This document shows, in pieces, positions 15,935 through 27,290 of a stretch of 64,000 bases of DNA. The notes beneath the pieces were generated by a model that saw only the letters and a list, made by a program, of their open reading frames with translations, did not search any database and had not been told where the DNA came from. A program made the translations under genes and the position numbers. The stretch's first letter is position 1. The number at the start of each line of letters is the position of its first letter. This stretch comes from Polyangiales bacterium (GTDB lineage Bacteria > Myxococcota_A > Polyangia > Polyangiales > JADJQN01): the NCBI GenBank assembly GCA_964202905.1, contig CAXNJO010000003.1, positions 576,001-640,000 on the forward strand, read 5' to 3'.

Positions 15935-16033
15935 GGCGCACCCACCTTACGGCCTCACGCAGGCGGCGACCATCGTCGCCGCGCGCGGCGCGCGCTGGTC
16001 AGCGCCGATCGCGGGGTTTACATTGCCGCCCAC

Positions 16034-17482
16034 ATGACGACGCTCTCCTCGCGGTACAAGGCCCCCTTCGCGCCGGGCGGGTCGGCGCCCGTCGACGCGG
16101 AGCTCGCGCGCCGGTTGCTCACGCTCGCCCTCTCACGCGGCGGCGACTACGCCGACCTCTTCTACGAATACGGCGTCTCCGGCAGCTACTCCTTCGACGA
16201 AGGCATCCTCAAGGCCGCGGGCCGCGCGGTGACGATGGGCCTCGGCGTGCGCGTCATGAAGGGCGACGCGACCGGCTACGCCTACGTCGAAGAGCTCACC
16301 CCCGAGGCGATGGACCACGCGGCGCGCACCGCGGCGCAGATCGCGGACGGCGGCGGCGCCCCCGCGCCGATCGGCGTCACGCCCCGCACGGTCGCGCGCC
16401 GCTACGAGCTCCCGCACCCGACGCTCGACGTCGCCGGCACGGAGAAGCGCGAGCTGCTCGCGCGGGCCGACCGCGTCGCGCGCGCCGAGGACCCGCGCGT
16501 CGTGCGCGTCGACGCGTCGTTCAGCGAGGAAATCCGCGAGATCCTCATCGCCTCCTCGGACGGCAAGCTCGTGCACGACGTGCAACCGCTCATGCGCTTC
16601 GGCGTGCGCGTGATCGTCGAGCACGAGGGCAAGCGGCAGTCGGGCTCGTCGGGCGGTGGCGGACGCTTCGGCATGGCCTACTTCGAGGGCCGCAGCCCCG
16701 AGTGGCACGCGAAGGAGGCCGTGCGCCAGGCCGTCGCGATGCTCGACGCGCGCGAGGCCCCCGCGGGCGAGCTGCCCGTCGTGCTCGCCCCGGGCGACAG
16801 CGGCATCCTGCTCCACGAGGCGGTCGGGCACGGGCTCGAGGCCGACTTCAACCGCAAGAAGACGAGCAACTACTCCGACGCCGTCGGCACCAAGGTCGCG
16901 AGCGAGCTCTGCACGGTGGTCGACGACGCGACGCTCGCCTTCTCGCGCGGGACGATCAACGTCGACGACGAGGGCAACGAGCCGACGAAGGCGACGCTCA
17001 TCGAGGGCGGCATCCTCCGCGGCTACATGCAGGACCGGCACTCGGCGGGCTTCTTCCACACGGCGCCGACGGGCAACGGGCGCCGCGAGTCCTTCCGCTC
17101 GCACCCGCTCCCGCGCATGACGAACACGCTGCTGCTCGCGGGCAAGGACGACCCGGCCGACATCATCCGCTCGGTCGAGCGCGGCATCTACGCGTGCAAG
17201 TTCGGCGGCGGACAGGTGGAGATCTCGAACGGCGACTTCGTGTTCTCGCTGACCGAGAGCTACCTGATCGAGAACGGGCGCATCACCGCCCCGCTCAAGG
17301 ATGTGAACCTCATCGGCAACGGCCCCGACGTCATGCGCAAGGTCGTGATGCTCGGACACGACGTCGAGGTCTCCGACGGCATCTGGACCTGCGGCAAGGA
17401 CGGGCAGTCGGTGCCCGTCGGCGTCGGCTGTCCCACCATCAAGATCTCCGCCGTGACCGTCGGCGGCTCACAGATCGGCTGA
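16034..17482 (+). CDS. tldD: Metalloprotease TldD
   Basis: LLHEAVGHGLEAD, TGNGRRES, PRMTNT, GGGQV, CGKDGQSVPV. Confidence 0.92.
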   Translation: MTTLSSRYKAPFAPGGSAPVDAELARRLLTLALSRGGDYADLFYEYGVSGSYSFDEGILKAAGRAVTMGLGVRVMKGDATGYAYVEELTPEAMDHAARTAAQIADGGGAPAPIGVTPRTVARRYELPHPTLDVAGTEKRELLARADRVARAEDPRVVRVDASFSEEIREILIASSDGKLVHDVQPLMRFGVRVIVEHEGKRQSGSSGGGGRFGMAYFEGRSPEWHAKEAVRQAVAMLDAREAPAGELPVVLAPGDSGILLHEAVGHGLEADFNRKKTSNYSDAVGTKVASELCTVVDDATLAFSRGTINVDDEGNEPTKATLIEGGILRGYMQDRHSAGFFHTAPTGNGRRESFRSHPLPRMTNTLLLAGKDDPADIIRSVERGIYACKFGGGQVEISNGDFVFSLTESYLIENGRITAPLKDVNLIGNGPDVMRKVVMLGHDVEVSDGIWTCGKDGQSVPVGVGCPTIKISAVTVGGSQIG

Positions 17483-17487
17483 CGCGC

Positions 17488-18867
17488 ATGTCCATGAAAT
17501 CCAACGGAAAAGTGGATGCGCTCCTCGGCCTCGGGGACCGCATCGTGTCGATGGCGCGCGCGGCCGGCGCCGACGTCGCCGAGTGCAGCGTGCGCGAGGG
17601 CGATCACCTCAGCGTGAAGGTCCGCATGGGCGCGCCCGAGCTCGTCGAGGAGGCGGGCTCGCGCGCCGTGGGGCTCCGCGTGATGCTCGGGCAGCAGGTC
17701 GCGGTGACGTACACGAGCGACCTCACCGACGCGGGCCTGCAGCGCTTCGTCGAGGACGCGCTCGAGCTCGCGAAGCTCTCGCAGCCCGACCCGTTCGCGG
17801 GGCCGCCGGATCCGTCGCTCCTCTCGTCGCGCGCGGACCACGCGGACCTCGACCTCTTCGACCCCGAGATGCGCGCCCTCGACGCGGCCGAGGCGCTGCG
17901 GCGCGCCAAGGCCGGCGAGGCCGCGGCCTTCGCCGTCGACCCGCGCATCACGAACAGCGAGGGCGGCTCGTTCACGCGGGCAGCGGGCGCGAGCGCGCTC
18001 GTCACCTCGGGCGGTTTCCGCGGCGGCGGCGAGGGCACGTACGCCTCGATCGTCGTCTCGCCCATCGCCGAGGACGAGGGTGGCAAGAAGCGCAGCGGCC
18101 ACCACTGGGCGGCGCGCCGCAAGCTCGCCGGGCTCGAGGACGCCGGCGACGTCGGCCGCGAAGCCGCACGCCGCACCCTCGCGCGGCTCGGCGCACGCAA
18201 GGTCGAGACGCAGGAGGTCGCGGTCATCTTCGATCAGGACGCCGCGCGCGCGATGCTCGGCCTGCTCGCGGGCGCCGTGAACGGCAGCGCGGTCTGGCGG
18301 AAGTCGAGCTACCTCGCCGACCGCGAGGGCACGCGCGTCGCCTCCGAGCACGTGACGGTCATCGACGATCCGCTCCTCGTCGGCGGTCCCGGCTCGCGCC
18401 CCTTCGACGGCGAGGGCCTGCTCTCGCGCCGCAACGTCGTGGTCGAGAACGGCATCCTCCGCACCTTCCTGCTCGACACCTACAGCGCGCGGAAGCTCGG
18501 CAAGCAGAGCACCGCGAGCGCCTCGCGCGGCTCCTCGGGCGGCGTCGGCCCGGGCAGCACGAACTTCATCCTGCAGCCGGGGCCGCTCAGCGCCGACGCG
18601 CTGCTCCGCGCGACGCCGCGCGCGCTCTACGTCACCGACATGATGGGCTTCGGCTTCAACGCGGTGACGGGCGACTTCTCGCGCGGCGCGAGCGGCTTCT
18701 GGGTCGAACATGGAGAAAAGGTCTTTCCGGTGAGCGAGGTCACCATCTCGCTCAACGTCGACCAGATCTTCCAGCGCATCGACGCCGTCGCGAACGACCT
18801 CGACCTGCGGACCTCGGTCGCATCGCCGACGTTCCGCGTGAGCGCGATGACGCTCGCGGGCAAGTGA
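17488..18867 (+). CDS. pmbA: TldE/PmbA protein
   Basis: SRPFDGEG, TGDFSRGASGFWVE, PVSEVTI; no HEXXH; directly after tldD. Confidence 0.9.
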   Translation: MSMKSNGKVDALLGLGDRIVSMARAAGADVAECSVREGDHLSVKVRMGAPELVEEAGSRAVGLRVMLGQQVAVTYTSDLTDAGLQRFVEDALELAKLSQPDPFAGPPDPSLLSSRADHADLDLFDPEMRALDAAEALRRAKAGEAAAFAVDPRITNSEGGSFTRAAGASALVTSGGFRGGGEGTYASIVVSPIAEDEGGKKRSGHHWAARRKLAGLEDAGDVGREAARRTLARLGARKVETQEVAVIFDQDAARAMLGLLAGAVNGSAVWRKSSYLADREGTRVASEHVTVIDDPLLVGGPGSRPFDGEGLLSRRNVVVENGILRTFLLDTYSARKLGKQSTASASRGSSGGVGPGSTNFILQPGPLSADALLRATPRALYVTDMMGFGFNAVTGDFSRGASGFWVEHGEKVFPVSEVTISLNVDQIFQRIDAVANDLDLRTSVASPTFRVSAMTLAGK

Positions 18868-20369
18868 CGGCGCAGGGAGCCGACGCGCGCGACGACAAGC
18901 GCCTCCTGCGGCTGTTGCCCGTCGAGCGCTGGCCCACGGCGGCGGAGGCGGCCGCGGCGCGCTGGTTCCAGCCGCTCGCGCTCGGGCGCGGCGGCGCGCT
19001 GCCGGTGCGGACGCGCACGTGGGTCCCCGCGATGGTGCCCTGGCGCGCGACGCCCGAGGGCTTCGCGAGCGACGACGTCGTCGCCTGGTATCGGCGCTTC
19101 GCGGAGGGTCGGCCGGGCGTGCTCGTCGTCGAGGCGACGGGCGTGCGCGACGTGCCGAGCGGCCCGCTCCTGCGCATCGGCGACGACCGCTTCGTGCCCG
19201 GGCTGCGGCGCCTCGCGGACGCGGTGCGCGAGGCGAGCGGCGGCGAGACGCGGCTGTTCATCCAGCTGATCGATTTTCTCGCGATCAAGCGCCGTCCCGA
19301 GCGCACGCGCTTTCTGCAGCGGTTTCTGCCGCTCACCGCGGCGCTGCGCGCGCGCTTCGCGGAGGCGACGGGCACGCCCGCGCCGGCCAACGACGACGCG
19401 CTGCGGGACGCCCTCGTCGCCCTCGACGACGCGCGGCTCGCACGCGCGCTGCCGCCGCGCGACCTCGAGGCGCTCGAGCGCGGACACCGCGAGCGCGTCA
19501 CCGACGTGCACCTGCCGCACATCGCCGCGCTGCCCGAGACGCTGCCCCCGCTCTTCGCGGACGCGGCGCGGCGCGCGCGCGAGGCGGGCTTCGACGGCGT
19601 GGAGCTCCACTACGCGCACGCCTACACGATGGCGAGCTTCCTCTCGCGGCTGAACACGCGCGAGGACGGGTGGGGCGGCTCGCCCGAGGGCCGCGTGCGC
19701 CTGCCGCTCGAGGTCTTGCGCGCGGTGCGCGGAGCCGTCGGCGGGGACTACGTCGTCGGCTGCCGCTTCCTCGGCGACGAGGTCGTCGAGGGCGGCTCGC
19801 GGCTCGAGGACGCGCGCTTCGTCGGGGTCGCGCTCGCCCGGGCGGGGATGGATTTCCTGAGCGTCTCGAAGGGCGGGAAGTTCGAGGACGCGCGCGCGCC
19901 GAAGGTGGGCGAGGCGGTGTACCCGTACACCGGGGAGAGCGGCCACGAGTGCATGCCGACGGTGCGCATCGGCGCGCCCGGCGCCTTCGGCCGCAACGTG
20001 CCGCTCGCCGCCGCGGTGCGGGCCGCGGTGCGCGGGGCGGGGCTCGAGACGCCGGTCGTCGCGGCGGGCGGGATCAGCACCTTCGCGCAGGCCGAGCAGA
20101 TCCTCGCGGACGGACACGCCGACTTCGTCGCCGCCGCGCGGCAGTCGCTCGCCGACCCGGACTGGTTCGCGAAGATCCGCGCCGGCCGGGGCGACGAGGT
20201 GCGTCGCTGCTTCTTCACGAACTACTGCGAGGCGCTCGATCAGGCCCACAAGGAGGTCACCTGCCAGCGCTGGGACCACGCGCCCGACGTGCCCGGCGAG
20301 CCCGCGCCCGCGCGCAGCCGGGACGGTCGGCGCCGCCTCGTCGCGCCGCCCTGGCCCAGCGGCGGCTGA
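18864..20369 (+). CDS. NADH:flavin oxidoreductase (old yellow enzyme family)
   Basis: GTGA overlap with the pmbA stop; AGFDGVELHYAHAY, LNTREDGWGGSPEGRVR, ARQSLADPDW. Confidence 0.85.
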   Translation: MTAQGADARDDKRLLRLLPVERWPTAAEAAAARWFQPLALGRGGALPVRTRTWVPAMVPWRATPEGFASDDVVAWYRRFAEGRPGVLVVEATGVRDVPSGPLLRIGDDRFVPGLRRLADAVREASGGETRLFIQLIDFLAIKRRPERTRFLQRFLPLTAALRARFAEATGTPAPANDDALRDALVALDDARLARALPPRDLEALERGHRERVTDVHLPHIAALPETLPPLFADAARRAREAGFDGVELHYAHAYTMASFLSRLNTREDGWGGSPEGRVRLPLEVLRAVRGAVGGDYVVGCRFLGDEVVEGGSRLEDARFVGVALARAGMDFLSVSKGGKFEDARAPKVGEAVYPYTGESGHECMPTVRIGAPGAFGRNVPLAAAVRAAVRGAGLETPVVAAGGISTFAQAEQILADGHADFVAAARQSLADPDWFAKIRAGRGDEVRRCFFTNYCEALDQAHKEVTCQRWDHAPDVPGEPAPARSRDGRRRLVAPPWPSGG

Positions 20370-20480
20370 ACGCGCGCCGCCGCGTGCAGCCGGCGTGCGT
20401 CGCCACCCAGCGCGCGCGCCCGGGTCCGCGGGGCGCGGGCACCATGGGAATGCGCGCGCTTCTGTGATACGCGGGGGACC

Positions 20481-21146
20481 GTGGGCGTGGTCGTAGGACT
20501 GACGGGTGGGATCGCGTCGGGCAAGAGCACCGTGGCGCGTCTCTTCGGCGCGCTCGGCGTGCCCATCGTGGACGCGGACGCCGTGGCGCGGGACGTCGTC
20601 GCGCCGGGCAGCGACGCGCTCCGCGAGATCGTCGCGGCCTTCGGCGAGGGCGTGCTCGCGGGCGGCGCGCTCGACCGCGCGTCGCTCGGCGCGCGCGTGT
20701 TCGCGGACACGGCGTCGCGCCGCCGACTCGAGGCGATCACGCACCCGCGCATCGCCGCCGAGAGCGCACGGCGGCTCGCGGCCGCACTCGCGGGCGGCGC
20801 GCCCTATGCGCTCTACGAGGCCGCCCTGCTCGTCGAGAACGGCGCGTACCGCATGTTCCCCGCGCTCGTCGTCGTCACCGCGCCCGAGGACGTGCAGCGC
20901 GCGCGCATCGCCGCGCGGGACGAGCTCGACGCGGCGCAGGCCCAGGCGCGCATCGCGGCGCAGGCGCCCGTCGACGCGAAGGTCGCCGTCGCCGACTGGG
21001 TCATCGAGAACGCCGGCGACCTCGCCGCGCTCGAGGCGCGCGTGCGCGCGGTGCACGGCGCGATCCTCGCGCGCTTCGCGGCGGAGGCCGTGCCCGGAGC
21101 GGCGCAGGGCGGGGTCGGGGCGGACACGCACGGAGGCGCACGATGA
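20481..21146 (+). CDS. coaE: Dephospho-CoA kinase
   Basis: VGLTGGIASGKST, DAD, LDRASL, LEAITHP. Confidence 0.95.
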   Translation: MGVVVGLTGGIASGKSTVARLFGALGVPIVDADAVARDVVAPGSDALREIVAAFGEGVLAGGALDRASLGARVFADTASRRRLEAITHPRIAAESARRLAAALAGGAPYALYEAALLVENGAYRMFPALVVVTAPEDVQRARIAARDELDAAQAQARIAAQAPVDAKVAVADWVIENAGDLAALEARVRAVHGAILARFAAEAVPGAAQGGVGADTHGGAR

Positions 21147-22273
21147 GCCGCGGACGCACGCTGGTGACGGGCTTCCCCTCGAGTTTCCTCGCGCGGCGCG
21201 TGGTGCAGAAGCTCCTCGCCGCCGAGCCCACGACGCGGCTCACCTGCGTGGTGCAGGCGAAGTTCCGCGCCCGCGCGGAGGAGGCGCTCCGCGGGCTCGG
21301 CGACGCCGAGCGGCGCCGCGTCGAGCTCGTCGAGGGCGACATCGCCGCGATGGACCTCGGGCTCTCCGGGCGCGAGTTCCGCGAGCTCGCGCGCGAGGTC
21401 GAGGTCATCCACCACTGCGCGGCGGTCACGTACCTAGGCGCCGATCGCCGCGCCGCCGAGCGCGTGAACGTCGGCGGCACGCGCGAGGTGGTCGAGTTGG
21501 CCGAGGCCGCGACGAACCTCTCGCGCCTCGTGCACTGGTCGACCGCGCTCGTGTCCGGCGCACGCCGCGGCTACGTGCTCGAGGGCGAGCTGCTCGCGCC
21601 GTCGGGGTTCCGCAACGCGGTCGAGGAGACGCGCTTCCGCGCCGAGCGCATCGTGCTCGAGGCGGGCGCGCGGGTGCCGACGACGGTGCTGCGCCCTGCG
21701 ACGATCGTGGGCGACTCGCACACCGGCGAGATCGACCGCTTCGAGGGCCCGTACCTGCTCGTGCAGCTGCTCCTCAGCGCGCCGAGCGATCTGCGCCTGC
21801 CGCTCCCCGGCCGCGGCGACATCCCGCTGAACCTCGTGCCCATCGACTACGCCGTCGACGCAGGCTGCGCGATCGCCCGCGACCCGCGCTCGGTCGGGCG
21901 CACCTTTCACCTCGTCGATCCACACCCGCTCACGACGCGCGCGGTGTTCGAGCGGCTCGCGCACGAGGCGGGGCGCCCCTCGCCGCGCGGCTCCGTCCCG
22001 ACGCGCGTCGCGGCCGCGCTCCTGCGCGCGCCCGGCCTCGATCGGCTCGCGCAGGCGCCGCGCGCCTTCCTCGAGCAGCTCGGCACCGAGGTCGTGTACG
22101 ACGCGCGCAACACCGAGGAGTTGCTCGCGCACACCGGCATCGCGTGCCCGCCCTTCGATCGCTATGTGGGCACGCTCGTCGACGCCGTGCGCCGCCAGCA
22201 GGCCGCGCGGCGCGCGCAGGTCGCGACCGAGCTCGAGGCCGTGCCCGAGCACGACGACCCGCTCGCGGATTGA
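21143..22273 (+). CDS. Extended SDR / NAD-binding reductase-like protein
   Basis: LVTGFPSSFL, HCAA, VNVGGT, LRPATIVGDS, NLVPIDY; ATGA overlap with coaE. Confidence 0.8.
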   Translation: MSRGRTLVTGFPSSFLARRVVQKLLAAEPTTRLTCVVQAKFRARAEEALRGLGDAERRRVELVEGDIAAMDLGLSGREFRELAREVEVIHHCAAVTYLGADRRAAERVNVGGTREVVELAEAATNLSRLVHWSTALVSGARRGYVLEGELLAPSGFRNAVEETRFRAERIVLEAGARVPTTVLRPATIVGDSHTGEIDRFEGPYLLVQLLLSAPSDLRLPLPGRGDIPLNLVPIDYAVDAGCAIARDPRSVGRTFHLVDPHPLTTRAVFERLAHEAGRPSPRGSVPTRVAAALLRAPGLDRLAQAPRAFLEQLGTEVVYDARNTEELLAHTGIACPPFDRYVGTLVDAVRRQQAARRAQVATELEAVPEHDDPLAD

Positions 22274-22480
22274 GCCTCACGCACGCTCGACGAGCCTCTT
22301 CGCGCCGGCGCGAAGCGACGTGGTTTCAACCACTTGTGGCCGAATGCCACGCTCGTGCGCGGGAGTCCGAATCCGGCATCGTCGCGATGTTTGGGAGTTT
22401 GTTCGACGTCGCAGAACTTCGCGTGACCCCACGCGTCGGAGGCTCCACGGCGCGCAGAGACGCGCGCGAAGGAGCCCGCG

Positions 22481-23719
22481 GTGGACGTCACGCTCGTACT
22501 CACGCACGACTGCAACCTCGGCTGCGCCTACTGCTACGCGGGCGCGAAGTTCCAGAAGCGCATGAGCCCGGAGACGGCGTCGCGCGCGATCGCGCTCGCC
22601 TTCACCGACGGCGCGCCCCGCGTGCAAATCTCGTTCTTCGGCGGGGAGCCGCTGCTCGCGTGGGACGAGCTCGTGCGCTCGGCCGAAGAGGCGCGCGCGC
22701 TGGCCGAAGCGCGCGGCGTCGCGCTCGTGATGTCGGTGACGACGAACGGCACGCTGCTCGACGCCGACCGCGCCGCGACCCTCGACGCGCTCGGCGTCTA
22801 CGTCGCGCTCTCGATCGACGGCGTCCGCGAGGCGCACGACGCGGGGCGCCCGCGCGCAGGCGGCGGCTCGAGCTTCGATCAGGTCGCGCGCGGCCTCGAG
22901 GTGCTGCTGCGGCGCGGGACGCCCTTCGAGACGATCTCCGTCGTCACGCCGCAGAACGCACACCTCGTCGGCGCATCCGTCGAATGGCTCTTCGCGCAGG
23001 GCGTGCCGCGCGTGGGGCTCAACCCCTGCTACGAGGCGGCCTTCGACGACGCAGCGCTCGCGGCGTGGGAGCGCGGGCTCGAGCACGCGGCCGAGGTCGT
23101 CGCGGGTCATTTCCGCAGCGGGCGCGTCGTCTCGCTGACGACCTTCGACAACAAGATCCTCGCGGCCGTGAAGGGCGGGCTCTCGGCGGGCGATCGCTGC
23201 TCGCTCGGCACGCGCAGCGTGGCCGTCGCGCCGGGCGGGAACCTCTACGCCTGCGAGCGGCTCGTCGGCGAGGACGACGACGCCTCGCTCGTGATCGGCC
23301 ACGTCGACGACTGGGCGGGCCCCGCGGGCGAGGCGTGCGCGCGCGGCCCGGTGAACCCGGCGTGCGAGCCCTGCGGCGAGCGCTGGCGTTGCAGCAGCCA
23401 CTGCGCCTGCGCGAACCGCGCGGAGACGGGGCGCACCGACGTCGCGGGCGGCACGCAGTGCTGGCACGAGCGCACGACGGCGCGCATCGCCGATGGCCTC
23501 GCCGAGACGCTCTGGGCCGAGCAGAACCCGGCGTTTCTCGCGTGGTTCTACGGGCGCTCGCTGCCCGCCGGGACGACCGCCAACGGCGCCCACGAAGCGC
23601 ACGCGTCGGCACACGCGAGCACCCCCATGCGCACGCCGCACGAGCCGCGACGAAGCGTCGGACGCATCGATCGGCGGGCGCCCGTGACCGCACGAAAGCG
23701 CCTCGTGGTGGTGCGCTGA
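22481..23719 (+). CDS. Radical SAM/SPASM domain protein
   Basis: CNLGCAYC, FFGGEPLL, TTNGTLL, SIDG; SPASM CSLG...YAC...CEPCGERWRCSSHCAC...C; AAGGAG RBS. Confidence 0.92.
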   Translation: MDVTLVLTHDCNLGCAYCYAGAKFQKRMSPETASRAIALAFTDGAPRVQISFFGGEPLLAWDELVRSAEEARALAEARGVALVMSVTTNGTLLDADRAATLDALGVYVALSIDGVREAHDAGRPRAGGGSSFDQVARGLEVLLRRGTPFETISVVTPQNAHLVGASVEWLFAQGVPRVGLNPCYEAAFDDAALAAWERGLEHAAEVVAGHFRSGRVVSLTTFDNKILAAVKGGLSAGDRCSLGTRSVAVAPGGNLYACERLVGEDDDASLVIGHVDDWAGPAGEACARGPVNPACEPCGERWRCSSHCACANRAETGRTDVAGGTQCWHERTTARIADGLAETLWAEQNPAFLAWFYGRSLPAGTTANGAHEAHASAHASTPMRTPHEPRRSVGRIDRRAPVTARKRLVVVR

Positions 23720-23784
23720 GCCGCCTCGCCCGACTTCCATCTTTTCCAGAATCACGTCCTCCATCGCTCGATCACGGAGCCGCC

Positions 23785-24504
23785 ATGACCGCGCCACGCC
23801 CTGTCCGCCGCAAGCCCGTCGCCGCACCGCTGGCCTCCTCGCGCACGCTCGCGCGCCCGCTCGCACCGCACGCCGTCACGGACGCGCCGCGCGGCTATCC
23901 GACGGCCGCCGCGCTCTTCGCCTCGGGCGGGCTCACGACGCAGCTCGGCGCCTCGCTGCGCGCGCTGCTCGGCCCCGCGGCGCTGATGGGCGCCGTGGGC
24001 GTCGCCGGCTGCGGGCCGCTCGACGCGCCGCCGAAGGCGGATCCCGCCGCAGACGTCTCGCCGGGCGACGCGAAGACGCCGCCCGACAAACCGGACGATG
24101 CCGCATCACCGCCGGACGACGCGCCGGTCTCGGGGACGCCCTCCATCGTGCTCACGCCGCTGCCGCCTCAGCCGCCTCCGATCCGGCCGCCCGTGCCGCA
24201 GGACGTCGACACCGGCCGCCCGCCACCCCGTCCGTGGACGCCGCCGGTCGTCTCCGGTCCGCTGCCGCCTCTGGTGCGCCCCCCGATCGCGCGCGGCGTC
24301 ATGCAGCACGTCGAGCCCGAGCCCCCGAGGCCGGAGCCCATGCCCCCGCGGCCCGAGCCGATCCTCCCGCGTCGGGACCCGATCCCGCTCGCGGGCGCGC
24401 CGATGCCCGTGCATCCGCCCCCGCTGCCGCCGCCTCCGATCCATCCTGCCCCCCACGCCCCGCAGGCGCCGGGGCGCATCATGGTGCGCCCGGACGTCGA
24501 ATGA
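23785..24504 (+). CDS. Pro-rich putative lipoprotein next to the radical SAM gene
   Basis: GGAG RBS; basic N-terminus, PRGYPT, hydrophobic stretch ending VGVAGC, Pro-rich tail with repeated Gly-centred motifs. Confidence 0.7.
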   Translation: MTAPRPVRRKPVAAPLASSRTLARPLAPHAVTDAPRGYPTAAALFASGGLTTQLGASLRALLGPAALMGAVGVAGCGPLDAPPKADPAADVSPGDAKTPPDKPDDAASPPDDAPVSGTPSIVLTPLPPQPPPIRPPVPQDVDTGRPPPRPWTPPVVSGPLPPLVRPPIARGVMQHVEPEPPRPEPMPPRPEPILPRRDPIPLAGAPMPVHPPPLPPPPIHPAPHAPQAPGRIMVRPDVE

Positions 24505-24608
24505 CCGCGTCGTGCGGCGCCTGCCTCTGACCGCGCCGATCGCCGTGCGAAACAGGCCGATCACGCCGTGCGACGCGGCGCGGAGCGCGTGCTAGCGTCG
24601 CCCCGGCC

Positions 24609-25775
<1,167 letters not shown>

Positions 25776-25778
25776 CGG

Positions 25779-27290
25779 ATGCGGAGGGGATTCGTGGCGG
25801 TCGTGCTCGCGGCCGGGCAAGGCACGCGCATGAAGAGCGCGCTGCCGAAGGTGCTGCACCCGCTCTGCGGGCGCGCGCTCGTCGCGTGGCCGGTACTCGC
25901 CGCGCTCGAGGCGGGGGCGGCGCGCGTGGTGGTCGTCGTCGGGCACGGACGCGACGCGGTCGAAGCCGCGCTCGCCACGCGCTTCCCGGAGCACACGCGC
26001 GACGGGCGCGTGACGACCGCCGTGCAGCAGCGGCAGCTCGGCACGGGCGACGCGGTGCGCTCGGCGCTCCCCGCGCTCGCCGACGTGGCCGATCGCGACT
26101 ACGTCGTCGTCCTCTGCGGTGACACCCCGCTGCTGCGGCACGAGGCGCTCGAGGCGCTCCTCGACACCACCGCGCAGGCCGGTGCGCGCTGCGGGATGCT
26201 CACGGGCACCGTCGACGACCCGACCGGCTACGGCCGCATCGTGCGTGACGCGGGCGGCCGCGTCGTCGCCATCCGCGAGCACCGCGACGCGACCCCGGAA
26301 GAGCGCGCGATCCGCGAGATGAACCCCGGCGTCTACGCCGTCGAGAAGTCCTTCCTCACGCACGCGATCGCCGCGCTCGACACGAAGAACGCGCAGGGCG
26401 AGCTCTACCTGACCGACGTCGTCGCGCGCGCCGCCACCGAAGACGCCGCGGGCGTCGCCGCGCAGCCGTGGACGATGGAGGACCTGCACGGCGTCAACGA
26501 TCGCTTCGACCTCGCGCGCGCCGAGTCGCTCTTGCGCGCGCGCATCCTGCGCGACCTCGGGCGGAGCGGCGTGACGGTGCGCGACCTCGCGGCGACCTAC
26601 GTCGACGCGGAGGTCGTCGTCGAGCCCGACGTCACGCTCGAGCCCGGCGTGGTGCTGCGCGGCCGCACGCGCGTCGGCGCGGGCGCACGCCTCGACGTCG
26701 GCTGCGTGCTCGAGGACGTCGTCGTCGCGCCCGGTGCGCGCCTGCGTCCGTACACCATCGCGACCGACAGCACGATCGGCGAGCGCGCCCAGGTCGGCCC
26801 CTTCTCGCACCTGCGCCCGCGCTCCGCGCTCGGCCCCGACGCGCACGTCGGGAACTTCGTCGAGACCAAGGCGACGACGCTCGGCGCGCGCAGCAAGGCG
26901 AACCACCTCGCCTACCTCGGAGATGGTGTCGTCGGCGAGGACGTGAACATCGGCGCGGGCACGATCTTCTGCAACTACGACGGCTTTCAAAAGCACGTGA
27001 CGCGCCTGGAGGACGGCGCGTTCATCGGCTCGGACTCCCAGCTCGTCGCCCCCGTGACGGTGGGTCGCGGCGCCTACGTCGCGACGGGCACGACCGTCAC
27101 GCGCGACGTGCCCGCGGACGCGCTCGCGATCGGCCGCACGAAGCAGGAGAACAAGGCCGGCTACGCCTCACGCCTGCGCGCGACCATGAAGGCGAAGAAG
27201 GACGCCGCGGCCCGCGGCGCAGTGAACCCGAGCGCCGTGAACCCCGACGCGGGCCCCGTGGCCGCCCCGAAGAAGGACGAGACCCCATGA
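25779..27290 (+). CDS. glmU: Bifunctional UDP-GlcNAc pyrophosphorylase / glucosamine-1-P acetyltransferase
   Basis: LAAGQGTRMKSALPKVLH, QLGTG, GYGRI, ELYLTD, GNFVE, NYDG, hexapeptide repeats. Confidence 0.96.
   Translation: MRRGFVAVVLAAGQGTRMKSALPKVLHPLCGRALVAWPVLAALEAGAARVVVVVGHGRDAVEAALATRFPEHTRDGRVTTAVQQRQLGTGDAVRSALPALADVADRDYVVVLCGDTPLLRHEALEALLDTTAQAGARCGMLTGTVDDPTGYGRIVRDAGGRVVAIREHRDATPEERAIREMNPGVYAVEKSFLTHAIAALDTKNAQGELYLTDVVARAATEDAAGVAAQPWTMEDLHGVNDRFDLARAESLLRARILRDLGRSGVTVRDLAATYVDAEVVVEPDVTLEPGVVLRGRTRVGAGARLDVGCVLEDVVVAPGARLRPYTIATDSTIGERAQVGPFSHLRPRSALGPDAHVGNFVETKATTLGARSKANHLAYLGDGVVGEDVNIGAGTIFCNYDGFQKHVTRLEDGAFIGSDSQLVAPVTVGRGAYVATGTTVTRDVPADALAIGRTKQENKAGYASRLRATMKAKKDAAARGAVNPSAVNPDAGPVAAPKKDETP

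Noticed and set aside
22274..22480. Short precursor peptide upstream of the radical SAM gene (MFGSLFDV...)
   Set aside because: No RBS or own stop; the frame runs through the rSAM gene as a shadow ORF
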